In this document: one piece after another, positions 56,789 to 64,000 of the stretch
How positions within the stretch are numbered: the stretch's first letter is position 1
Layout: each line of letters starts with the position of its first letter
Translations under genes and position numbers: made by a program
The notes under the pieces: model-generated
Seen by the model: the letters and a program-made list of their open reading frames with translations, nothing else
What the model was told of the DNA's origin: nothing
Database searches by the model: none
Source of the DNA: a virus
Lineage: Duplodnaviria; Caudoviricetes
Virus record (IMG/VR): IMGVR_UViG_2862481585_000002
Coordinates: 1 to 64,000 of that record
Reading direction: 5' to 3' (one strand)
DNA: 64,000 nt

Positions 56789-57740
56789 CGAGGACCTCTT
56801 CGACGCCCCCATCCCCGGCGACGTCCTCTCGGCGCTGGGGAAGCTGGGCATCGAGATCGTGGGGGAAGACTCGGAGAACTGGCGCATCCCCTGCCCGGCA
56901 CACCTGCGCCGGAAGGGAAGAGAAGACCGGAACCCTTCCTGCTACGTGCACAAGGACACCGGAGTCTTCCTCTGCTTCTCCTGTGACTTCCGAGGTCCCT
57001 TCGTCCGCCTCGCCGAGGAGATCCGCGGAGAGGGAGCAGAAGACGCATCACAGTGGGTGAGCGAGCAGGGCGTCATCGACCGTGCCGTGCGCCTCCTGGC
57101 AGGCGAGACCTACACCCGGAAGCGGGAGACGGAAGAGGTCACCGAGTCGCACCTGGCGCTCTTCACCGAGCCGCCGGCCAAGGTCCTCGCCTCCAAGGGC
57201 ATCACGGCCGAAGCCGCCCGCCGCTTCGAGATCCTGTGGGACCCCAAGCGCAAGTACTGGATCTTCCCGGTCCGTGACGAGAACGGAAGGCTTCTGGGGT
57301 GGCAGGAGAAGGGGAAGGGTCACTTCCTGAACTACCCCGAGGGCATGCAGAAGGGCGACTCGCTCTTCGGCCTTCAGGCCCTCGACGGGGAGGAAGGCGT
57401 CCTCGTCGAGTCACCCATCGACACCGCCGTGCTGTGGACGGCCGGCATAGCCGGCGGGCTCGCCGCCTACGGTGCCATCCTCACCCCAAGGCAGTTCCGT
57501 ATCCTCGGCGGCCGACTCAGCCGACTGGTCGACGCACACGACAACGACCACGACGGCAAGCGCGAGCGCAGGAAGGTCTTCGACCACTTCCACGGCACCG
57601 GCCTGCTCGTGCGCTACTTCGACTACGGCGACCTGGCCGTGAAGGACCCCGGCGAGATGACGCCCGAGCAGAACCGGGCCGCGTACGAGGGCGCCTACCA
57701 CCCGATGATGCGCCGTCTGTCGGCCTTCGGGAGGCGCTGA
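56763..57740 (+). CDS. DNA primase (zinc finger + TOPRIM)
   Basis: CPAH...PS...CFSC; LVESPID; DNDHDG; KDPGE. Confidence 0.9.
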   Translation: MSRRTRAGSEDLFDAPIPGDVLSALGKLGIEIVGEDSENWRIPCPAHLRRKGREDRNPSCYVHKDTGVFLCFSCDFRGPFVRLAEEIRGEGAEDASQWVSEQGVIDRAVRLLAGETYTRKRETEEVTESHLALFTEPPAKVLASKGITAEAARRFEILWDPKRKYWIFPVRDENGRLLGWQEKGKGHFLNYPEGMQKGDSLFGLQALDGEEGVLVESPIDTAVLWTAGIAGGLAAYGAILTPRQFRILGGRLSRLVDAHDNDHDGKRERRKVFDHFHGTGLLVRYFDYGDLAVKDPGEMTPEQNRAAYEGAYHPMMRRLSAFGRR

Positions 57741-59377
57741 TGTTCACCGGAGTCCTTCACCCCTACCAGGCCGACGACGTCGACCGCATCGTCGAGCGCG
57801 GCTCCATGCTCGCCGCGTACGGGATGGGCACCGGCAAGACCGTCATGGCCATCGCCGCGGCCGAGATGCTTATGGACAGCGACAAGCACATCACCTGCAT
57901 GGTCGTCGTGCCGGCCGCGCTGAAGTGGCAGTGGGCCGAGCGCATCGCCCAGTTCACCGACGTCGACACCAAGCAGAGGAAGGTCGGCAAGGCCCACATC
58001 GTTGTGCCGGCCGACCACCACTGCACGGTCATCGACGGAACACCGGAACAGAAGAGGAAGCAGTTCGCCTTCATCCACGAACACCAGCCGGACTACGTCG
58101 TCACCGCGTACGAGAACCTCGTGCACGACTGGACCGAGGTGCGAAAGATCAAGCCCGGCATCGTCGTCGCCGACGAGGCGTCCCTGATCAAGACCTTCCA
58201 AGCCGAGCGCACCCGGAAGATCAAGCGGATCAAGTCCGATCACCGCATCGGCCTGACCGGAACGGTGATGGACAACGGCAACCCGGAGGAACTGTTCTCC
58301 ATCTTCCAGTGGGTCGACCCGGAAGTTCTGGGGCCCTGGGAGTACTTCGACCCGGCCTTCATCGTCCGCAGCAAGGGGAAGGGGAGGGCCGGCTTCCCCG
58401 TCGCGTACAAGAACCTTCCCCTTCTGCATCAGAAGGTCGCCACCGCGATGGTCCGCAAGACGCGAGAAGACCCCGAGGTCGCGAAGTACATGCCGCGGGT
58501 CGAGCACAGCAGCCGGCTCGTCGACCTCGACCGGGACACCGCAAGGGTCTACCGCCGCATCGCCAAGGACACCCTGTTCGAGCTGTCCAAGGCGGCGGGC
58601 CACGGCTCCGGCAGCATCGACCTAGCCGCGCTCTACTCGGGCAAGGCCAAGCCGACCGAGGACACCGCCCAGGGGCGCGTGATGGGACGGCTCCTGGCCC
58701 TCCACATGCTGGTGAACCATCCGGGCCTGATCCGCGACAGCGCCAAGCGCTACCTGGCCGGCAAGGGAGGCAGCCGGTACTGCCTGTCGCTGGTGGAATC
58801 CGGGGCCCTCGACGGCCTGGACCACTCGCCCAAGCTGGAGGAACTCACCCGCCTTCTGCGGAAGGAATTGATGCTGGACCCGGAGCTGAAGATCGTGGTC
58901 TTCTCGTTCTTCAAGGGCATGCTCAAGCTCGTCGCCGAGGCGATGCCCCAGTACCGATCGGTGTCCTTCACGGGAGACCACAGCGCGCTCAAGAAGGCGG
59001 AAGCCAAGGCGCTGTTCTCCTACGAGAAGGACGTACGACTCTTCCTGGCTTCAGGTGCCGGAGGGTACGGACTCGACCTGCCGGAAGCCCGCATCCTCAT
59101 CAACTACGACCAGAGGGACAGCGCGGGCGCCCAGGACCAGCAGGACACCCGGCACGTGCGCGCCTCCAGTCAGCACGACGTCGTCCAGGTGATCGACTTC
59201 ATGGCGGCCGGCACCGTCGAGGAGCGGCGCAGCCAGCGCCGGCAGTTCAAGACCAGAACCGCTGCCGCCATCTTGGACGGCCGCGGAGCCGACGCCGACG
59301 GCAAGGTCGTCAACGACGTCGAGAGCCTCAGGGAGAACCTTGAACGCTCCCTGCGTCAGCTCTCGCCGGCTGCCTGA
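57740..59377 (+). CDS. SNF2-family helicase
   Basis: PYQ, MGTGKT, ADEA, LTGT and GG.GLDL motifs. Confidence 0.9.
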   Translation: MFTGVLHPYQADDVDRIVERGSMLAAYGMGTGKTVMAIAAAEMLMDSDKHITCMVVVPAALKWQWAERIAQFTDVDTKQRKVGKAHIVVPADHHCTVIDGTPEQKRKQFAFIHEHQPDYVVTAYENLVHDWTEVRKIKPGIVVADEASLIKTFQAERTRKIKRIKSDHRIGLTGTVMDNGNPEELFSIFQWVDPEVLGPWEYFDPAFIVRSKGKGRAGFPVAYKNLPLLHQKVATAMVRKTREDPEVAKYMPRVEHSSRLVDLDRDTARVYRRIAKDTLFELSKAAGHGSGSIDLAALYSGKAKPTEDTAQGRVMGRLLALHMLVNHPGLIRDSAKRYLAGKGGSRYCLSLVESGALDGLDHSPKLEELTRLLRKELMLDPELKIVVFSFFKGMLKLVAEAMPQYRSVSFTGDHSALKKAEAKALFSYEKDVRLFLASGAGGYGLDLPEARILINYDQRDSAGAQDQQDTRHVRASSQHDVVQVIDFMAAGTVEERRSQRRQFKTRTAAAILDGRGADADGKVVNDVESLRENLERSLRQLSPAA

Positions 59378-59547
59378 GCATCCAGGGCAGCCTGAGCCCG
59401 CTGGTACCACCCGGCCGGCACCAGGACGGCCACTTGCTTCCCGTGCCTCGTGATGACCGTGATCTGGTCATCCTGCACCGCAGCGTCGATGTGGTCTCGC
59501 AGCTTGTCGCGCGCCTGCTGCACACCAACGGTCTCGATCCTCGCCAT
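59356..59547 (-). CDS. Phd/YefM-family antitoxin-like protein (orphan)
   Basis: V..QARDKL...ID...TVITRHGKQVAVLVP; upstream CTGTAAGG direct repeats. Confidence 0.8.
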   Translation of the reverse strand: MARIETVGVQQARDKLRDHIDAAVQDDQITVITRHGKQVAVLVPAGWYQRAQAALDAQAAGES

Positions 59548-59681
59548 GTCGGTAGCGTACCGGCCTGGCAGTTCTGTAAGGTCTGTAAGGGCTGACAGGT
59601 TCTTAGCCCTCGTGGACATTCGTACACCGACACGAAAAGACGGCCCTGGGCGCGCACCCAGAGCCGTCGGAAACAGGAGCC

Positions 59682-60554
59682 GTGACTCCCATGAGAAACC
59701 CTATCCGCAAGCGGCGACCGAAGGCCCCCATCGACCACAACGCCCGCATCCCCGGTGAGCGCTTCACCGTCGCCTTCGTCATGACCGGCGCCGTCGCCGC
59801 CATCCTCCTCGCCTTCGCCTTCGACTTCGGCAACGTCTGGGCTCTCGCGGCCCGGCTCGGCGTGCCCGCCGAGGTCCAGCCACTCACCGCGCCAGCCGTC
59901 ACCATCAGCTACCTCGCCCTCATGGTCGGCCAGCAGTACCTGGCCCTGCGCGGCTGGACGAACCGCGAGCTGCGCAAGCCCCGCCTGTGGCTGCTGCTCA
60001 TCGGCGTCATGACTTACGCCCTCAACTGCGGCGATGCCTTCATGCGCGAGGCCTACGGAGAGGCGGCCTTCGATGCCGTCATGCCCACTCTGTTGCTGAT
60101 GTGGGGCGAGCTGGCCCCGTGGCTGATGCGTCAGGTCCACACCGCTCGGGAGCGCGCCGCCGAGGTCGCCGAGCCGGCGATCGAGGGCGACCGAGTTGAC
60201 GGCATCGAGCGCACCCTTGAGGAGCTGCTCGCAGAGTTCATGGCGCAGGACGTGGCTCAGGAGGCCCGCGCCAGCAAGCCGCGAGGCCGGCGGGAGTCCA
60301 GGCTGCGGCCGACCGCGCGAGAGTTCATCTGGAAGTGGCTGGACGACGGCAAGAGCTACGACGACCACCCGGCCGCTGCCTGGCATAAGGCGCTGGTGAC
60401 TGAGATGGGGGAGGGTGAGGTGCCCACGGTCGAGCGCTGCCGGCAGATCATGCGGGAGGAGTTCCCGAAGATCAAGGAGAAGTGGGAGGCGGCGCAGAAG
60501 GCCAAGCTGGAGGCGGACGAGCGGATCGAGCAGATGGAGTCGCTGAACGCCTGA
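59682..60554 (+). CDS. DUF2637/SpdA-like membrane protein
   Basis: Four TM segments (F..V.ALA..LG, ALN) followed by a helical tail. Confidence 0.6.
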   Translation: MTPMRNPIRKRRPKAPIDHNARIPGERFTVAFVMTGAVAAILLAFAFDFGNVWALAARLGVPAEVQPLTAPAVTISYLALMVGQQYLALRGWTNRELRKPRLWLLLIGVMTYALNCGDAFMREAYGEAAFDAVMPTLLLMWGELAPWLMRQVHTARERAAEVAEPAIEGDRVDGIERTLEELLAEFMAQDVAQEARASKPRGRRESRLRPTAREFIWKWLDDGKSYDDHPAAAWHKALVTEMGEGEVPTVERCRQIMREEFPKIKEKWEAAQKAKLEADERIEQMESLNA

Positions 60555-60562
60555 GTCACCAA

Positions 60563-60597
60563 AGAGCCCCGGTGGACGTACGTGCCACCGGGGCTCT
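60563..60597 (+). terminator. Terminator hairpin
   Basis: AGAGCCCCGGTGG...CCACCGGGGCTCT. Confidence 0.7.
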
Positions 60598-60608
60598 CTG
60601 CTGCCCAA

Positions 60609-60651
60609 CAACTAGATCCACAACTTGTCCTTCAACTTGTTCCACAAGAGT
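60609..60651. promoter_or_regulatory. Four CAA(C/G)TTG-type boxes at 12-bp spacing
   Basis: Boxes at 60609, 60621, 60633 and 60645. Confidence 0.7.
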
Positions 60652-60761
60652 GTTAGTCTGTGATCAGTCGCCAGGGCGAGCCTCCGAACTGCGGCGGTCC
60701 GCGTTACCGCGCAGTCAGCCGCCCTGGCGACTGTTCCCTACTCGTACTTGAGGAGACTGGC

Positions 60762-61259
60762 GTGGATTTCTCAGACGCCCCGGCAGAGTCGGTTCTGACC
60801 GCGAACACGCCGGAATCCGCATTCGAACGCAAGGCCGCCCAGTGGGCTCTGATCAGGCACCGCGTCGACACCCAGACCACGCTGCTCAACAAGCTCCGCG
60901 ACGACATGACTGCGGACCTGCGAGAGGTCGGGATCCAGGACGAGAAGGGCAGCTACATCATCGAGCTGCCGCGCCCCCTTCGAGTCGGCGAGAAGCCCTT
61001 CAAGGGCATGAAGCTGGAGCGGTACACAACCCAGGGCCTGAACGAGGACGAAGCCGAGGACATCGCCCGCGTTCTCGACACCGAAGCTGCCGACAACGGA
61101 GCCGACGCCGTCGTCTACGAGCGGCTCTTCCCCATGGTCCGCCAGTTCGACCCCCAGGAGGCCTACGTCCTCTACCAGGAGGGTCTCCTGACGGACGAGC
61201 ACATGGAGCGGATCTTCCCGGAGAAGGAAGGCTTCCGGTTCAAGCGGGTGGACGCATGA
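60762..61259 (+). CDS. Hypothetical phage protein
   Basis: GAGGAG RBS, GTG start. Confidence 0.75.
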   Translation: MDFSDAPAESVLTANTPESAFERKAAQWALIRHRVDTQTTLLNKLRDDMTADLREVGIQDEKGSYIIELPRPLRVGEKPFKGMKLERYTTQGLNEDEAEDIARVLDTEAADNGADAVVYERLFPMVRQFDPQEAYVLYQEGLLTDEHMERIFPEKEGFRFKRVDA

Positions 61260-61747
61260 GGGACTGGGACAGCGAGTTCGCCACCATCGCCGGCCCTCCG
61301 CCGACGCAGTTCTACCCCGGCTCCACCCGCCGTATCTCCCGGCGGCCGGTACGCACCCAGAACGACGTCCAGGCCGCCCACCAGGACACCTACGTCGACC
61401 ACGACCGCTGGGACGCCAAGCCCCAGGTCAAACCCTTCGGTGGCGGATACCGCGAGTTCTTCGGCATCGGCGACCTCGCCAAGGCCCTGCACCGCGATGC
61501 CGTGACGATGCGCAAGTGGGAGGCGAACGGGGTCATCCCGAAGGCCACCTACGTCATCAGCGGCAAGACCGCCAACGGCAACCGCCGCCTCTACACCCGC
61601 GAGCAGATCGAGGTCATCGTCCGCATCGCGCACGAGGAGGGTCTGTTCGACGGCGACCCCCGCGGCATCCGCATCACCGACACGAACTTCACTCAGCGGG
61701 TCAAGGACGCATTCGAGCAGCTCAGGCAGAAGGAGACGGCGGCGTGA
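61256..61747 (+). CDS. MerR-like HTH DNA-binding protein
   Basis: IGDLAKAL.R...T.RKWE..G.IP...RRLYTREQIE. Confidence 0.8.
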   Translation: MRDWDSEFATIAGPPPTQFYPGSTRRISRRPVRTQNDVQAAHQDTYVDHDRWDAKPQVKPFGGGYREFFGIGDLAKALHRDAVTMRKWEANGVIPKATYVISGKTANGNRRLYTREQIEVIVRIAHEEGLFDGDPRGIRITDTNFTQRVKDAFEQLRQKETAA

Positions 61748-61968
61748 AGCCTGTTCTGGAGTACACGAAGACGGTCACGGAACGCTTCAACCTCGGCTCC
61801 TACGAGCACATCGAGGTGACCGCCACGGTCAAGTCGACCGATCCGCGGGTCCTGGACGACGCCATCGACGAACTGCTCGCGCGAGAGAGACAGATGGCGG
61901 CCGACCTCACCACCGAGGACAACTCCTTCGCGCACGTCCACCCCGCCATCACCGACGACGAGGACTGA
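61744..61968 (+). CDS. Hypothetical protein
   Basis: GTGA-coupled; FNLGSYE motif. Confidence 0.65.
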   Translation: MKPVLEYTKTVTERFNLGSYEHIEVTATVKSTDPRVLDDAIDELLARERQMAADLTTEDNSFAHVHPAITDDED

Positions 61969-61969
61969 T

Positions 61970-62827
61970 ATGGCCCGAGGCACCATCGACGACATCTTCG
62001 ACGAGGAGGAGACGACCTCCCGCCGGCCGGGACGCAGCCGGCGAGGCGCGCTCGACGAGGACGACGCCCCGAAGACGCGACGCGGCCGAAAGGCTCAGGG
62101 CCGCGACGCCTTCGACGAGGACGACGACGAGACCCCCCGCAAGGGCAGGGAGCGCACCAACTCCGCCCGCAAGCAGGGTGCGGCATCCGGCTGGGACGCC
62201 TTCGACTCGGTCGCCGGCAGCGGCGGACAGGACTTCGAGGCCAAGAACGAGATGCGCCTGGAGATCACCAAGGATCCCCAGCTCATCCGGCTGCTGGAGC
62301 CCGAGCCGTTCGACAGCTACGAGTACCACTACGTCCGCGAGATCACCTCCGGCAAGCGCTCCTTCCGAGGACTCGCGCCGGCCGACGACTGCCCGCTCTG
62401 CGACGACCTCGACCACTACGGCCGCAAGGTCGCCACCTTCAACGTGGCCGTCTGGGACGAGGACGACGAGAAGTGGGCCCACAAGGTCTGGGAGGTCGGC
62501 ATCCGTGCTGCCCGAACCCTCCAGGCCATCGCCAAGGACCCCAAGAAGGTCGGCAAGGACAACGTCGGCGACCTCACCTCCCCGCAGCTCTACATCGCCG
62601 TCCACAAGACCGGCAAGGGCACCAAGACCGAGTACCACGTCGAGGCAGTCAAGGCCCGCGACGTCGAGTCCGACTGGGACGCCGACGAGCTCACCGACGA
62701 GGACTACGAGCGACTGTCCAAGTCCCTCTATTCCGACGCCTGGGAGCGCCACTGCACCCGCGCCGAGCTGGAGGCCGCCGTACAGAAGGTCCTCAACGGC
62801 GTGGACGACGACGAGGACGACGACTAG
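61970..62827 (+). CDS. ssDNA-binding protein (gp32-like)
   Basis: IRLL, H, CPLC, K.GKG.KTEY.V and an acidic C-terminal tail. Confidence 0.75.
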   Translation: MARGTIDDIFDEEETTSRRPGRSRRGALDEDDAPKTRRGRKAQGRDAFDEDDDETPRKGRERTNSARKQGAASGWDAFDSVAGSGGQDFEAKNEMRLEITKDPQLIRLLEPEPFDSYEYHYVREITSGKRSFRGLAPADDCPLCDDLDHYGRKVATFNVAVWDEDDEKWAHKVWEVGIRAARTLQAIAKDPKKVGKDNVGDLTSPQLYIAVHKTGKGTKTEYHVEAVKARDVESDWDADELTDEDYERLSKSLYSDAWERHCTRAELEAAVQKVLNGVDDDEDDD

Positions 62828-62904
62828 ACCACCCGACCGGCCGCTCCCCACCCGTACCCCCTCTCCTCCGGGTGGGGAGCGGCCACCCCTCGCGAAGGAA
62901 ACGC

Positions 62905-64000
62905 ATGCCGATCCTCGGCCTGTGCGCGGGATTCGGCGGCCTGGAAATCGCAGTAGAGGAACTCACGGGCGAGCCCGTCGCCTACGTGGCAGAAGTCGAC
63001 CCCTACGCCGCCCAGATCCTCGCGCACCACCACCCAGAGATCCCCAACCTCGGGGACATCACCTGCATCGACTGGACCGAACTGCTCGGCCAGGTCGACA
63101 TCGTCTGCGCGGGATTCCCGTGCCAGGACATCTCCAACGCCGGCCACAGGAAGGGAATCGATGGCGAGAAGTCGGGCATCTGGCGCAACGTCGCAGACGC
63201 CATTCGCGTACTTCGACCCCGCCTCGTCTTCCTGGAGAACGTCAGCGCCATCGCTCGACGAGGACTCGACCGAGTACTCGGGGACCTGGCCGCGATCGGG
63301 TACGACGCGCGGTGGATGTGCTTTCGAGCTTCCGAAGTTGGAGCAGCCCACCACCGAGACAGGTGGTTCTGCGTCGCCTTCCCTACTGCCGACGCCCCTG
63401 GCGCGGGACTGGAAGGCGGGCACAGGCAGCCAGCACGGGAAGATGAGCCGGCCGCTGAGCGAGGTAGCGCTGCTTCTGCCGGCCGAGCCTCTGCCGGCGA
63501 AGATGCTGCCGACCCCGACCGCCTCGAACCCCAACGATGGGGAGTCCTACGCCTCGTGGGAGGCACGCCGGCAGCGGAACCTGGCCAAGAAGATCAACGG
63601 GAACGGTCAGGGAATGCCCCTGGGGATGGCAGTGAAGCTCCTGCCGACACCGAGAGCCAGCGACGGGCCCAAGGGCGGACCGAACCAGCGCGACAGCAGC
63701 GGAAACTACACCTCGTTGCCGGGGGCGGTGACGCACCTCCTGCCGACACCCTTGGCGGCGGATTGCCGATCGTCGGCGAGCTGGAGCGCGGACGGGAGTC
63801 CGTACACGGGAACGCGAGCGAACCCGACACTGACGGACGCGGTGAGGCACCTACTGCCGACGCCCACGGCTCGCGACGGCATGGGCGGAGCGGGACGCGC
63901 CCCCAGCTCGACTGGGGGGATGAACCTGCGCACCGTCGTCACTCTCCTCCCGAGTGGTGGGGAGAGTACTGGCCGGCCATCCACCGATGGGAATGCATCA
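62905..64000 (+). CDS. DNA (cytosine-5) methyltransferase, truncated by the window end (not in ORF track)
   Basis: LCAGFGG, GDI, GFPCQDIS, FLENV and HHRDRWF motifs; frame open to 64000. Confidence 0.92.
   Translation, partial: MPILGLCAGFGGLEIAVEELTGEPVAYVAEVDPYAAQILAHHHPEIPNLGDITCIDWTELLGQVDIVCAGFPCQDISNAGHRKGIDGEKSGIWRNVADAIRVLRPRLVFLENVSAIARRGLDRVLGDLAAIGYDARWMCFRASEVGAAHHRDRWFCVAFPTADAPGAGLEGGHRQPAREDEPAAERGSAASAGRASAGEDAADPDRLEPQRWGVLRLVGGTPAAEPGQEDQRERSGNAPGDGSEAPADTESQRRAQGRTEPARQQRKLHLVAGGGDAPPADTLGGGLPIVGELERGRESVHGNASEPDTDGRGEAPTADAHGSRRHGRSGTRPQLDWGDEPAHRRHSPPEWWGEYWPAIHRWECI
63161..64000 (+). CDS. Overlapping +1-frame protein (putative MTase beta subunit / TRD array), truncated
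   Basis: AGGAAGGGA RBS, ATG 63161; FDPASSSWRTS...TWPRSG followed by five LPTP.A.(D/N) repeats; no stop before the window end. Confidence 0.7.
   Translation, partial: MARSRASGATSQTPFAYFDPASSSWRTSAPSLDEDSTEYSGTWPRSGTTRGGCAFELPKLEQPTTETGGSASPSLLPTPLARDWKAGTGSQHGKMSRPLSEVALLLPAEPLPAKMLPTPTASNPNDGESYASWEARRQRNLAKKINGNGQGMPLGMAVKLLPTPRASDGPKGGPNQRDSSGNYTSLPGAVTHLLPTPLAADCRSSASWSADGSPYTGTRANPTLTDAVRHLLPTPTARDGMGGAGRAPSSTGGMNLRTVVTLLPSGGESTGRPSTDGNAS

Larger units (their letters stand above)
1..64000 (+). mobile_element. Large myovirus-type actinophage / prophage / phage-plasmid (boundaries lie outside or at the window edges)
   Basis: Co-linear terminase, portal, scaffold, capsid, sheath, tube, tape measure, baseplate and replication genes; tyrosine recombinase present; no host housekeeping genes seen. 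Confidence 0.92.

Overview
High-GC, Streptomyces-like sequence. The whole window reads as part of a large contractile-tailed (myovirus-type) actinophage, prophage or phage-plasmid. Left to right: (i) about 1.9 kb of non-coding DNA with a leftward operator-covered promoter, an rrn-leader-like boxA, a structured RNA stalk and a mosaic CGGCTCAC repeat; (ii) early genes (Lsr2-like protein, tyrosine recombinase, DEDDh exonuclease, MazG-like pyrophosphatase, KTSC protein); (iii) large terminase; (iv) a 9.6 kb cargo insert (DUF397/XRE/HATPase regulators, two LuxR-type HTHs, TauD-like dioxygenase, GT2, nucleotide-sugar dehydrogenase, unknown protein, GT4); (v) head, neck, sheath, tube, tape-measure and baseplate genes plus a holin-like gene; (vi) a replication module (HTH initiator, DnaC-like loader, DnaB-like helicase, primase, SNF2 helicase, gp32-like SSB) and a C5 methyltransferase cut by the window end. 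The ORF track misses several features: a 283-nt group I intron splitting the major capsid gene, an (AGCC)4 repeat that frameshifts a tail protein gene, a probable +1 frameshift in the tail chaperone, and a second protein in the +1 frame inside the methyltransferase. Also notable are a gamma-polyglutamate-hydrolase/gp25 fusion and two dispersed regulatory motif families. All calls come from reading motifs by eye; no database searches were run.
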